Of a stretch of 64,000 nucleotides of DNA, positions 18,964-29,098 are shown piece by piece. Position numbers and translations under genes: made by a program. This stretch comes from Methanobacteriota archaeon (GTDB taxonomy: Archaea > Thermoplasmatota > Poseidoniia > Poseidoniales > Thalassarchaeaceae). The notes under the pieces were generated by a model. The model was not told where the DNA came from. It searched no databases and was given only the letters and a program-made list of their open reading frames with translations. Position 1 is the stretch's first letter, and each line of letters begins with the position of its first letter. The stretch lies in NCBI GenBank assembly GCA_016845365.1, contig JAERST010000011.1:1044-65043 (forward strand). Reading direction: 5' to 3'.

Positions 18964-21900
18964 TCACTCTTCTTCTGAGTCGTCAGAATCCTCGTCGTCT
19001 TCTGCATCCTCAGAGTCATCCTCGTCAGAGTCGTCCTCGTCCTCGTCCTCGGAGTCATCATCGTACTCCTCATCCTCGGCCTCGTCTTCTCCTGCCTCGT
19101 CCTCGTACTCCTCTGATTCGTCGTCTTCGTATTCGTAATCATACTCCTCCGACTCCTCTTCCTCGTACTCGTACTCTCCTTCTTCCTCGCCTTCGTCCTC
19201 GTACTCCCAAGTCTCCTCGTAATACGAATCATCATCGTCGTCGTAGTAATACTCGTCATCGTCGGATCGCGAGCGGCTTACGAAGAATCCAACCATCGCG
19301 ATTGCGACGATGAATACGCCACCAATAATCAGGTAAGTCATCATGTCGTCAGGACCCGTATCTGGATCGATAGGTGTCTTGACCTGTATCCCAGTAATTG
19401 GATGTGCTGGGTTATCGAAATCATCGTCCATGATGATGTAGAGAACCGGCTGTCCTGGGTCTCCAGCATGCCACTCGAATCGAGCGAATACCGAGGATGA
19501 TTCAGCAGGTAGGTCCAATTCGAGAGTGCTCGATTCGGAGCGCCACTTGCCATCACCAGTCAACTCGTAGAGGTTGATTTCGATGGTTCCCTCGCGCTTT
19601 CCACTATTGCTCCAGAAGGTCTCGATGGTTACCGTCGTGTCCGGGAACGGGTCCTTTGGAGTCACGACTACATTGTCTAGGCTCGGGACGAATTGCATGA
19701 TTCTGAGAGCCACTGGGCGTGGTGATTCGTCACTGCCCAATCCTTGAATCTCGTTGCCTGCCCTGTCGGTTGATGTGACCCAGAAGAGGATTCTATCGCC
19801 ATTCTCGATTTCAAATCCTTCTAGCGCAGGCGTGAAGTCTAACTTGCCTTGGAAAATGTCGCGGCCGTCGTCATCGATCAGCATAGCTAGGCCGCCTGAA
19901 TCTTCCGTACCTGCAACTGGTAGGTTATTCCTCAGGAATACCCAAGCAACCTGCAGGTCCTCGTCTGGCAAACCAATTTCATCGACGATTGTGACTGTTA
20001 CCAAGACCTCTTCGAGCAGGTCCGATTCTAGAACTGTCAGAGATGAGTCTGGATAATTCGTCTGGTCGAAGAGAACGGTTGGCGACTTACTGTCGACGGT
20101 TACCTGCGCATCTTCGTTAACGCCAGTCGTACCTTGTCCGGGGACGTTGAGGACAGACGTCGCCAATCCCATCGTTGGATTCAGTGGAACGCGCATTGGT
20201 AGGGTCATCGAAGCGGCCCAAGTTCCATCTTCGCCAACATCAGCGACGGATTCGATCTGCTGAGTACCGTAGACGATTTGCATTTGCATCTGCAGGTCGT
20301 CTGGAATTTCACTCAGTAGAGCTCCAGAGCCTTCGTAGTAAATCTCTCCGAGCAATTCGAATTCATCGCCCTGCCTTAGGTAGAGGTGAACATCATCGGT
20401 ATCTACAATCGGCGGGGTCAAATCGGCGATGCTTGAAGGAATAGCGACCAATTTATTGTCGAGTTCCCAAGTCAATTCTCCGATATTATTCTGGTAAGCA
20501 ACCTCGGTGATGTCATCGACGATGCTAACACTTGGCTTGCAACCATATTGGCCATCCTCCCAAGGGAATTCCCAAGAGATTTGGAACATCATCGCGACCT
20601 CGGTTACTGCCGCTGTCACTTGATGAGTCTGTACCGACAGCGGTGAAATCATCGAATCGTCGGCAGTCCAAATGTCTCCATTCGATGGATTGTAGGTGAA
20701 CTTACCCAAATTGTCGGTGCGGTCTCCACACAGCATTAGGCTCACGTTGTCCAAAGTGTGGAGGCCGTTAGGCTCGTTGATCTGCATGCGGAAGGTGTGT
20801 GGTACACCTGCTAACAGATATCCAGTATCGCGGTCGAGGTGGAATCCACTTCCGACAATGGTTGTCGGCTCGTCAGTTGCAATAACGATGGATGCCCAAG
20901 CATTTTCTGCGCCGGCAGCTCCACCGGTACCGCCTTCCTGATAGGTTATGCCAGCCCAATCTGTACCTTCGAGGTATACGTGTACCGGGCTGTTGAATGA
21001 TTGACCAGAGACATCGATTCCTGCGAAGTTGACTTGTTGTTCGCCGGTCATTCCAGAACTCAATGGCTGTGTCTGAGAGAGGTACTCCTCTTCATCAGCG
21101 ATGCCATCCGAGTTGAGATCGTCGACATCTGCACGCCAATAATTCAGCGTCAAAGTCTCTCCGCGAGCTTCGCCCTCCTGTACGGTAACGAACATGCTCA
21201 ACGGCACGGTTGGGTCCCAGACCTTACCGTGCGCAGGGGTCAGACCGGTTGGGGTGTTGACCATTATGTCTCCAGCAACCGGCGGGTTGGAATCCTGACG
21301 GATAGTCACAATTGTTCCGGCACCGGATACATCGTCGGCACCGACGGCTCCAGCCAATGGGCCGACGCGGAATAGGTCCGGCGATGCGGTTACATCGCCG
21401 GTTCCAGATGGTGCGGAAACGATTCCGCTGAACGCACCATCGTCGGCTGAATCGAGCAGAATCATGCTTCCAGATAGATTCAGCCTAACTTGGAAGTCGT
21501 CTCCAAGAGGACGATTATCCGATGAATCTTGGAACCGAACGTTTCCTGTGACATTCAGAATGCTACCTTCCATAATCGGGTATGGGTAGAAGGTGGAATA
21601 CTGATTCGAGAGAAGGCGGCCGAATTGGTCACGAACCTCGAATGTGTCCACTTGTAGGTCGTTCTCGACCGCCTTGCGGCCAGACTGTCCACTATTCTCG
21701 ACGGCCGGCCAAACTGTCTCGCCCTCGGCGTCCAAGGCCTTGGCGACCCAGCGAATGCTGTCTACATCGTCCCAATTCCATGAGATGTCGAAGACCCAAT
21801 CTACTGTGATATCCGTGAAGCCATCACTGTGGACGGTTTCGTAAACGCGAGATGCACTCGTATTCAGAGAGACGACACTGTCTCCACGCAATTGAGTGAT

Positions 21901-24900
21901 GTCTACTGAATCAGCCCCCGCTCCCCATAGGCCATCTGCGCCATTGGTCGCGGTGAATTCTATCACTTCGCCATCCGAAGCTTGTCCTCGCAGGGTAATC
22001 TGTGAAAGTTCGGTATTATCGTGCAAATGGTGGTGCTTCGTGGTCACGGTGTATGGTGTACCTCGTGGGTAGAAGGTATTCGGGATGTTGAAGTCACGAT
22101 TGGTGATTATGTAATCGAATTCAAGGTCACCATCGATTGTAATCACTCCAGCATCCGCTGCGATCGTGACTGGGATATTCACTTGTTCAGGCGGAGGGTC
22201 ATCGGTGGTCTGAGCGTCGTGGTAGGCTGCGACCGATGGGCCGAGGCCTGAGACGTTCTCAAAGAGGAGATAGCCGATTCCAAGACGCGACAAACTGACG
22301 GTTTGAGCGTTGTTCGAATCGACGGAAATTGTCACCTCACGCCACTCTCTTCCAGTTTCTGAATCTGTGTGGCTTGTCCCTAATGCGGCGATTGCACCGA
22401 GTTGAGCCAGGTTGAGAGTATTGTAGAATGCGTAATCAGAAGACCCACTGCTCTGCGAGGCTCCGGCAACTGAGACTGTTACAGGTCCAGCGAATCCATC
22501 ATAGGATTGTGAAGCAACGCTGATTATTCCGCCGTAGAGCGATGCGTCAGATGGGATTCTGACGGTGACTGAAGCGGGATTAGTACCGTCGAGTGAGAGC
22601 GTCTCACTCAGCACGTCGGAATCTCCACTGATGAGTGATTGCCAGCCATAATGACCGTAATCATCGCCCATCGGGAATGACCATTCGAGTGAGTCATCGT
22701 CGAGCATGTCAATCGATGGATTCTTTGCGTGTTCTGCGAAGTTTGCGTCGAGCACCATTCGGTCAATCCATCCGTTTGTCGGTAGAGAAATCGATAGGGC
22801 GAAGCCAGTCACTGGATAGGTGAAGGAGACTCCTCCAGAGCCTCCGCTTCCGATTGGATTGCCGTATTCATCGTAGGCCGAGACTGCGATTCCACTGGAT
22901 GTGTTTCCTGAGACACTGATGCCCTTGATCGGTCGTGAAGAGTGGATATAATCGGATGTGATTGTACCCGCGATGCTCGTTGCGTTAAGCAGGCCATCGA
23001 TGACTTCGATGCTAGCGCTCATATCCCAACCATTGCCATCGAAGGCGGCACCCGAGAGGAATCTCTTGCCGCCTATGCTAATCTTGTTAATTCTCGGAGT
23101 AGTCTCCGGATTCTCAGTGTCGAGATGCACGACTACCTTGACGCTAGGGTGCATCTCGGGGTCTACAGCTGCCAATGATAGCGGGAATTCTTGCTCCTCG
23201 ATGCCATTGATTACAGCACCTGTGTCTGCATCAACTAGCGAGCCAACGAGGGTATTGTCTTCGTGAATAACGGCATCGACATCGACCCAACCACGGTTGA
23301 ATATATCTGGGTCGGTCAAGTCAATTTCCGGACTAGTCCACTCACCAGGGTAGGAGTAATTTGGAATGAGGATTCCAAAGTCATCAATGTATCCGCCTTG
23401 GTATCCCCAATTGTAGATTCCACCATCTAGAAGGAAGCGGAATCGAACGGTGTGTCCTGCATAAGCCTCGAGTGAAGCCTTACGGTTCTCGAGGAGATCG
23501 TTGCTACAATCGCCATTGGTCCAAACATCGTTTCCGTAGAGTGAGTTAGCGGAGGACCAAACACCTCCATCATACCAACCTGGAAGGTTCGGATCGAAAT
23601 ATTGCCACGAACCTCCATCGACCTTGATGAATAGGCCTACTGCGCCGTAGTAATAGTAAGTGCAGACCCACTTCTCAAAGGTTAGAGTAGGGGTGCTGTT
23701 CGCTGGCAAATCGTAAGATGGGCTGATGAGATAGGCTTCAGCTCCACTGTTGTATGCCCCGTTCAAGTTGGTTCCGTAGAGGTAAGGGAACGATGGTTCG
23801 TCAGATGGACCTGCACCAGACCCGAGTTGGCCTAGAGTCCACCTATCTCCGTTCGAGCCACCTGATGGATTACGGCTCCAACCATCCGCATCGCTTACTG
23901 TCGGCGCGTTTGCGGTTGAATCTTCGAAACTCATCAGTTCATCGATGACTCCCTTGACCATCGTCGTGTACATCCAATCATTTGCTGCGCCGGTATTAAC
24001 TGAATAATGACTGAAAGTATTCTGGTTACTCAAGGTGTCTTGAGTCAACAGAGTTGTTGAGTTCTTGTAGACTCGGATAGCAGAGAGCGTGACTCCTTCC
24101 TTTGGATCCGCGCTACCGCCATAGTTCACCGAACCATCGGTGTCGACAACCGCTCGGAGTTCGACTGAGTTTTGATTGTAGAAAGTCGACGGGATGTCCA
24201 ATTCGATGGTGACAATCGCTCCGGATTCATCTCCGTATGAGTTGCCGTCTTGGTCTGAGTATCCGTTCTTCGGGATAGCCCCTGAACGGCTTGCACAATC
24301 CGAGGTTGTGGAAGTACTGCTCGAGGATATGTCCGACCACGAATTGTTGTTCAATGACAATTCGAAGCAGGCATTATCGTAAACTGAACCCTCAAGATCC
24401 CACTCTAGGTCAACCTCGATGAATGAGTTTGCATTTGTGCCGGAGAAATCGAAATTGCCTTGCAAGGCACCATATGCATTCGGTGAATAATAACAGGATG
24501 CAGTCGAACCAGACATACAGCCGTGGTGCCAAATACCATCGTTGTGACCATCGTTGAGATACTCCACATTGTCAATATACCAACCTGGTCGTTCCACAGC
24601 GTCAGGATGTGTCCAAATTCGGAAGCGGAATTGGATGCTTTCTGCAAAGTCGACATCATCCAATACCGAGAGGTTGACCTCGGAAGTCACCCACCCGGAG
24701 TGGGTTGGTGAGGCGAAAACAGGTAGGTCTCCTGCAGGAGCACCTTCCGGCGATGGTCCATCACTGGAGAGTGTACTTGGATAACCGCCGTCCGGTGCGA
24801 CCCAGGTCCAATTCGACCAAGAGTTGGTTGAATCGTTCTTCAATCGATATTCGACCCAAGTTCCGTCGCCTTCACCGCTCGCGGTGCTGTCGACGTGGTA

Positions 24901-25854
24901 CCAATGGTCAAAGCTGAGGCGGAAATTGTTGAAATTCAGTGAATTTGGAATCGATTGCGCCGGCATAGTAAGCCAAGCATCAGTGCCGGCGGGAACAGCT
25001 TCTCCCGGCAAGGTGCCAGCAACAACGCTGCCATCCCTTGCGGTGGAAGGTATTGTCCCATGACTCAGTATTCTAGAGGCACCGGCCAAAGTCCCGTCCA
25101 TCTGAGCGGGGAAGGCTGGAGTCCACACGGCAAGACCGTGGCAGATGAATGTGTGATTTTCGTACTCATCGGTATCTAAGGAACGGTCATCGTCCCAGTC
25201 GACTCCGTCTGTGATGTTGTATCCACCATACTCACAGTTCGAACCAGAGGATTCGACTGAGATCGAAAGAAGTGCCAAGTAAGTCACGTTTGAGCCGTTG
25301 TTCGTTGTGTGGACGTCGCAATAGTACAAACTCTCCAAAATTTCGTTATTGTTCAGGGCATTGTTGTAATTATTGTCCATTCCATGATTGAGGATGTAGC
25401 CGCTGCTATTGTCACATCCTGCGGTGCTGGAAGTCGATTGAGAGGCATAGACTCTGGTGTATCCAGGGCCGCTGCGGTAATCGTTGTTGAAGAAAACCGA
25501 GACATCACCCGCCGTGAAGTCGCTAATGTTGGTCTTAGTCTGGTCATCCATCATGATGACGGCTTCCAATTCCTCACTATACTCCAAATCTGAGAAGGTT
25601 CCATTGAGAAGATCTTGCCCTTCCCAAGAGATGGTCGTATCCAACGCCGTAATCAAATCTGAGTTGGTTACGTGCACCCATCCGTCGAGAATAGTTCCGT
25701 TTCCGGGGACACGGAATCCGGTGATTGTCACCTCATCCCCACCGGGGTTGATGGTATTCGTTGTGTTCCAAGAAGCCATCCCTGCACTAGCGAATGGAGC
25801 GAGTATCATTAGCATGACAAGGGCGGTTGCAAGTCTGCGGCGGCTGGCGGGCAT
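18964..25854 (-). CDS. Giant secreted surface protein (2296 aa): beta-sandwich/Ig-like domains, C-terminal TM and very acidic tail
   Basis: Signal peptide; 'FRFR...GWYIDNV' and 'GGYIDDF' jelly-roll motifs; Cys-bounded 'NCEYGG..DGVDWDDD' repeat; TM followed by ~100 D/E/Y-rich residues. Confidence 0.85.
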   Translation of the reverse strand: MPASRRRLATALVMLMILAPFASAGMASWNTTNTINPGGDEVTITGFRVPGNGTILDGWVHVTNSDLITALDTTISWEGQDLLNGTFSDLEYSEELEAVIMMDDQTKTNISDFTAGDVSVFFNNDYRSGPGYTRVYASQSTSSTAGCDNSSGYILNHGMDNNYNNALNNNEILESLYYCDVHTTNNGSNVTYLALLSISVESSGSNCEYGGYNITDGVDWDDDRSLDTDEYENHTFICHGLAVWTPAFPAQMDGTLAGASRILSHGTIPSTARDGSVVAGTLPGEAVPAGTDAWLTMPAQSIPNSLNFNNFRLSFDHWYHVDSTASGEGDGTWVEYRLKNDSTNSWSNWTWVAPDGGYPSTLSSDGPSPEGAPAGDLPVFASPTHSGWVTSEVNLSVLDDVDFAESIQFRFRIWTHPDAVERPGWYIDNVEYLNDGHNDGIWHHGCMSGSTASCYYSPNAYGALQGNFDFSGTNANSFIEVDLEWDLEGSVYDNACFELSLNNNSWSDISSSSTSTTSDCASRSGAIPKNGYSDQDGNSYGDESGAIVTIELDIPSTFYNQNSVELRAVVDTDGSVNYGGSADPKEGVTLSAIRVYKNSTTLLTQDTLSNQNTFSHYSVNTGAANDWMYTTMVKGVIDELMSFEDSTANAPTVSDADGWSRNPSGGSNGDRWTLGQLGSGAGPSDEPSFPYLYGTNLNGAYNSGAEAYLISPSYDLPANSTPTLTFEKWVCTYYYYGAVGLFIKVDGGSWQYFDPNLPGWYDGGVWSSANSLYGNDVWTNGDCSNDLLENRKASLEAYAGHTVRFRFLLDGGIYNWGYQGGYIDDFGILIPNYSYPGEWTSPEIDLTDPDIFNRGWVDVDAVIHEDNTLVGSLVDADTGAVINGIEEQEFPLSLAAVDPEMHPSVKVVVHLDTENPETTPRINKISIGGKRFLSGAAFDGNGWDMSASIEVIDGLLNATSIAGTITSDYIHSSRPIKGISVSGNTSSGIAVSAYDEYGNPIGSGGSGGVSFTYPVTGFALSISLPTNGWIDRMVLDANFAEHAKNPSIDMLDDDSLEWSFPMGDDYGHYGWQSLISGDSDVLSETLSLDGTNPASVTVRIPSDASLYGGIISVASQSYDGFAGPVTVSVAGASQSSGSSDYAFYNTLNLAQLGAIAALGTSHTDSETGREWREVTISVDSNNAQTVSLSRLGIGYLLFENVSGLGPSVAAYHDAQTTDDPPPEQVNIPVTIAADAGVITIDGDLEFDYIITNRDFNIPNTFYPRGTPYTVTTKHHHLHDNTELSQITLRGQASDGEVIEFTATNGADGLWGAGADSVDITQLRGDSVVSLNTSASRVYETVHSDGFTDITVDWVFDISWNWDDVDSIRWVAKALDAEGETVWPAVENSGQSGRKAVENDLQVDTFEVRDQFGRLLSNQYSTFYPYPIMEGSILNVTGNVRFQDSSDNRPLGDDFQVRLNLSGSMILLDSADDGAFSGIVSAPSGTGDVTASPDLFRVGPLAGAVGADDVSGAGTIVTIRQDSNPPVAGDIMVNTPTGLTPAHGKVWDPTVPLSMFVTVQEGEARGETLTLNYWRADVDDLNSDGIADEEEYLSQTQPLSSGMTGEQQVNFAGIDVSGQSFNSPVHVYLEGTDWAGITYQEGGTGGAAGAENAWASIVIATDEPTTIVGSGFHLDRDTGYLLAGVPHTFRMQINEPNGLHTLDNVSLMLCGDRTDNLGKFTYNPSNGDIWTADDSMISPLSVQTHQVTAAVTEVAMMFQISWEFPWEDGQYGCKPSVSIVDDITEVAYQNNIGELTWELDNKLVAIPSSIADLTPPIVDTDDVHLYLRQGDEFELLGEIYYEGSGALLSEIPDDLQMQMQIVYGTQQIESVADVGEDGTWAASMTLPMRVPLNPTMGLATSVLNVPGQGTTGVNEDAQVTVDSKSPTVLFDQTNYPDSSLTVLESDLLEEVLVTVTIVDEIGLPDEDLQVAWVFLRNNLPVAGTEDSGGLAMLIDDDGRDIFQGKLDFTPALEGFEIENGDRILFWVTSTDRAGNEIQGLGSDESPRPVALRIMQFVPSLDNVVVTPKDPFPDTTVTIETFWSNSGKREGTIEINLYELTGDGKWRSESSTLELDLPAESSSVFARFEWHAGDPGQPVLYIIMDDDFDNPAHPITGIQVKTPIDPDTGPDDMMTYLIIGGVFIVAIAMVGFFVSRSRSDDDEYYYDDDDDSYYEETWEYEDEGEEEGEYEYEEEESEEYDYEYEDDESEEYEDEAGEDEAEDEEYDDDSEDEDEDDSDEDDSEDAEDDEDSDDSEEE

Positions 25855-25930
25855 GTCTTCTACGTTAGTTGGTGAGATTATAGAACTCGCGGTTCCTGTT
25901 CTACGAACAGGGGATAACTAGTCGAAATCT

Positions 25931-25962
25931 GAAGCGAAAAATCAGCAATTAAATTTCGCTTC
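25931..25962. terminator. Hairpin downstream of tRNA-Thr
   Basis: GAAGCGAAA...TTTCGCTTC, a 9-bp inverted repeat. Confidence 0.4.
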
Positions 25963-25980
25963 GCAAATTGTGCTGAATTA

Positions 25981-26055
25981 TGGAGCCACTGGGGGGAATT
26001 GAACCCCCGACCTTCGCCTTACCAAGGCGACGCTATACCCCTAAGCCACAGTGGC
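25981..26055 (-). tRNA. tRNA-Thr(GGT), CCA encoded
   Basis: Acceptor GCCACTG/CAGTGGC, anticodon arm TCGCC-TTGGTAA-GGCGA, T loop GTTCAATTC; TTAAAT box ~26 nt upstream. Confidence 0.95.
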
Positions 26056-26183
26056 AGCGAGCGCGCCACCTGCGGCAGCGATTTAACGGCTACGGAGCGG
26101 CTGCGGAGAAAGCGCGTCGCTCGCTTCATCGAAGAGAGTCATGCGTCAGACTCAAGGCGGGACCTTAGTTCGCCCGACCACGA

Positions 26184-26269
26184 GCCGAGGTCGCATAGCC
26201 TGGTATTGCGCATGACTGGAAATCATGTGGGTTTTACCCTCGGGAGTTCAAATCTCCCTCTCGGCGCCA
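26184..26269 (+). tRNA. tRNA-Ser(GGA), CCA encoded
   Basis: Acceptor GCCGAGG/TCTCGGC, anticodon arm CATGA-CTGGAAA-TCATG, long variable arm, GTTCAAATC. Confidence 0.95.
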
Positions 26270-26287
26270 AAAATCGATGCACAGAGA

Positions 26288-26389
26288 GCCGAGAGGAGAT
26301 TTGAACCAAGTCGAATCTGTTCCAGCGTATTGCTGCGATTCGACTGACGGTTCAGAGATTCGAGTAGGTAGTAATATCACGAATCTCTG
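26288..26389. repeat. Inverted copy of the tRNA-Ser 3' end plus nested hairpins
   Basis: GCCGAGAGGAGATTTGAAC (26288-26306) is the reverse complement of the tRNA 3' end with one G missing; stems AGTCGAATC/GATTCGACT and CAGAGATTCG/CGAATCTCTG. Confidence 0.7.
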
Positions 26390-26496
26390 GATCAATAGAA
26401 ATCATCTCCCTCTCGCCGCCAAACCAATCGTCATTCGGCTGCAGCGCCGGGCATAACCAAGTGGATTTCTTATGCCTGTATTCACGCGCTCGCCTC

Positions 26497-27651
26497 ATGG
26501 AGGACATGGAAGACCGAGCGGCTCCCGACGAGCACGCAGTCCCCGCAACGGTCAGATTGAGTGACATCGACCTCTCCTTCACCCTCGCCGACCGCCACCC
26601 CGCGCTCGCTCGCCTCGATTCCCTCCTCGAAGAATACGTCTTCCACTCGCGCATGATTCTCGAGAGATGGGGTCCGAACGAAGCGCTCATTTTGGGCTTG
26701 GGAACTCTTGCGATTTTGCTTGGCGCATGGGATTTGGGAATCGGCGAAATCGCCTCCGGAGGAGACTATAACCGAGTCGGGCTATTTGGCGAACAAGGCG
26801 GATTTCTGCACGTCGCTGACTTCTCATTGATGCTGGCTCTACTATCCCTAATCGCTTGGCTCGGATTATTCGCAACACTCTGGACTCGCTTCCCATTGAT
26901 GCGTGAGAATCTCGTTTACATGTCGGTTGCCACACTCGCTGTGCAACTCGGATACGTAGCCTCCCACTCCACTGCAACCAACTTTCCCTTAGGCGCGTCA
27001 GGCAGCGACTGGGGCGGCGTTGGAATCGGGAATTTGGTGCTCGTTTTCCTCTCGATGGTAGTAGTTCACAGAGCGGTCATAGAGACTCGTGACATTCACG
27101 TTCAGGAACGCCATGCCCATCCGGACCCTCGGGTTGTTCAGAAGGCATGGCGTGACCACAGTTTGAACGCGTGGAGCATGAGTTTAGGCGCTTGGATGAT
27201 TTTCCTCAACCTATCATCATGGGCTGGCTCCCACGCGGTAGCGCCGAGACCACCAATCGAGACGGATATGACCGCTTTCATCGCCCTCTACGTCTTCTTC
27301 GGAATCCTCTCGGTTGCAATGTGGACTCACGTTTTATGGTATCCTCAATTTATGTTGGGCGCAGCCGGTGACCGTATCCAATCCGTTCGCGCCCGCGAAG
27401 TTGCAGGCGAAGTGGTTCCAGTCAAAAATGACCGCCGCCAAGGATCCTGCCCTATCTGCGGAGTTGAAACGGCTGCCATCCGCCACGAAGATAGCAGCAT
27501 CGAAGTCCCTTGTAACGAATGTGACGGCGGTGGCGCGCCGGGAACCGCATGTAGCGAATGCGAGGCAATTCTCCCGACCCGAATCACCTGTCGTGATTGC
27601 GGGTCGAGCACTACTGTAATCAGCCACTTTACCCGATCTGAGGCGTGGTGA
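26497..27651 (+). CDS. Polytopic membrane protein with C-terminal double zinc ribbon
   Basis: About 6 TM segments; CPIC, CNEC, CSEC and CRDC pairs. Confidence 0.75.
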   Translation: MEDMEDRAAPDEHAVPATVRLSDIDLSFTLADRHPALARLDSLLEEYVFHSRMILERWGPNEALILGLGTLAILLGAWDLGIGEIASGGDYNRVGLFGEQGGFLHVADFSLMLALLSLIAWLGLFATLWTRFPLMRENLVYMSVATLAVQLGYVASHSTATNFPLGASGSDWGGVGIGNLVLVFLSMVVVHRAVIETRDIHVQERHAHPDPRVVQKAWRDHSLNAWSMSLGAWMIFLNLSSWAGSHAVAPRPPIETDMTAFIALYVFFGILSVAMWTHVLWYPQFMLGAAGDRIQSVRAREVAGEVVPVKNDRRQGSCPICGVETAAIRHEDSSIEVPCNECDGGGAPGTACSECEAILPTRITCRDCGSSTTVISHFTRSEAW

Positions 27652-27703
27652 GAACGAAGCACTGTGGAGTTGTCCACATTTGTAGTGATAGAGGTGCTCT
27701 GCC

Positions 27704-29098
27704 ATGGAAGAAGAAGCGGTTGATGAGACAATTTCACCTCCGGTGCCAGACCCATTTCTAAGCTCGAACTCCGGGCCTGAACACCCCGAAGAATCTGATG
27801 ATGAATCATATTTCGGCGACGCTTTCACTTGGATGATTGGCATCGTTTCGGGGCTCGTTTCACTGTTCGCGATTAGCGTCCTCTTACTCTGGCTCTGGGC
27901 TGGTGCTAACGACATCATACTCGGGGGACCTCCTCCAACGCTCACCGGATGGCAAGAGTCGTATCGTGACCTAACTGGGTTTGACGAGGTCACAGGTTTG
28001 GATGGAAGTGGAGTTCGAGTTTGTATTGTAGACTCGGGCATCGAAATGTCTCATCCCGACTTTCAACACCTGACACTGGTTGGTTGGCTCGACGTAATCG
28101 ATGGTCGGGATGCGCCTTACGACGATGAAGGCCATGGAACAGCGATGGCCGGCATCATCGTCGCACAGGACGGACTTACTGGGAATGCTCCGGGCGTTGA
28201 ACTTCTGGTGGCGAAGGCAATCGATGACCTTGGAAGTGGAAGTGACGAGGGGATTGCGGCAGCGGTAGATTGGTGTGCTGAGCAACAAGCTGACATCATT
28301 TCACTGAGCCTCGGTGGAGAGGGTGGAATCAGTTTTGCTGGAATTACCACCGACCAATTAGAGCAGTCTGTTCAAGATGCAATCGACCAGGGAGTTTTCG
28401 TCGTAGCTGCGGCAGGAAATGACGGCGAAGATGATGATGGAGATGTCTCTTCGCCGGGTTCTGTCGAGGATGTGATTTGCGTAGGCGGCGCAACCCGTCT
28501 GGGCAATGTTTGGCGTGGCAGTTCAGAAGGGGATAACAACGGGCGTTTGTGGCCACCGATGTTGCCTCGTTCCGACCCGGACAAAAAGCCGGAAGTTTTG
28601 GCGCCGGGGGCTGAAGTTCCTGTTCTGATGGCTGGCGGGTCCGGCGATGGTTCTTGGTGGGGTTGGGCTAGTGGAACCTCGGCTGCAACGGCATGGGTTT
28701 CTGGTGGTTTGGCGTTGATTCTTGAGGCGCATCCTGAACTGCAGCGCGAAGGTGCTTCGGGTGGTCCGAATGCGATTAGCATGGTGAAGCAGGAGATTAG
28801 TCAGAATTCACAGATGGATGATGGTCAAAGCGAGCATGATGACCACTACGGCTACGGAATATTTCGCATCGATTTGATGCTCGATGCTTTGGGGAACGAG
28901 TCGGATTCGGCGAGTGGATTTGAGGATGAATCCGACTCGGGCTTTGAGATGGTCGAAGATGTAGCTTATCAGGCGGAACGTAGGAAGACGCCAAGGGTTC
29001 CGCCTGTCAATTCGACGAAGGCTGCGGAGTGCTCTGAATCTACCCTTCGTACGAATTCCATCCAGCGATTGAACGAAGCGACTACCTGCTGGGCTTGA
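27704..29098 (+). CDS. Membrane-anchored S8 (subtilisin-like) serine peptidase
   Basis: Catalytic VDSG, GHGTAMAG and GTSAAT; AAAGN oxyanion motif; N-terminal TM. Confidence 0.92.
   Translation: MEEEAVDETISPPVPDPFLSSNSGPEHPEESDDESYFGDAFTWMIGIVSGLVSLFAISVLLLWLWAGANDIILGGPPPTLTGWQESYRDLTGFDEVTGLDGSGVRVCIVDSGIEMSHPDFQHLTLVGWLDVIDGRDAPYDDEGHGTAMAGIIVAQDGLTGNAPGVELLVAKAIDDLGSGSDEGIAAAVDWCAEQQADIISLSLGGEGGISFAGITTDQLEQSVQDAIDQGVFVVAAAGNDGEDDDGDVSSPGSVEDVICVGGATRLGNVWRGSSEGDNNGRLWPPMLPRSDPDKKPEVLAPGAEVPVLMAGGSGDGSWWGWASGTSAATAWVSGGLALILEAHPELQREGASGGPNAISMVKQEISQNSQMDDGQSEHDDHYGYGIFRIDLMLDALGNESDSASGFEDESDSGFEMVEDVAYQAERRKTPRVPPVNSTKAAECSESTLRTNSIQRLNEATTCWA

Noticed and set aside
18833..19259. Ser-rich (+) and Arg/Thr-rich (-) ORFs
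   Set aside because: Alternative-frame shadows of the acidic-tail codons
25860..26460. Integrated element at the tRNA genes
   Set aside because: No integrase, and I noticed no distant direct repeat of either tRNA 3' end in the window
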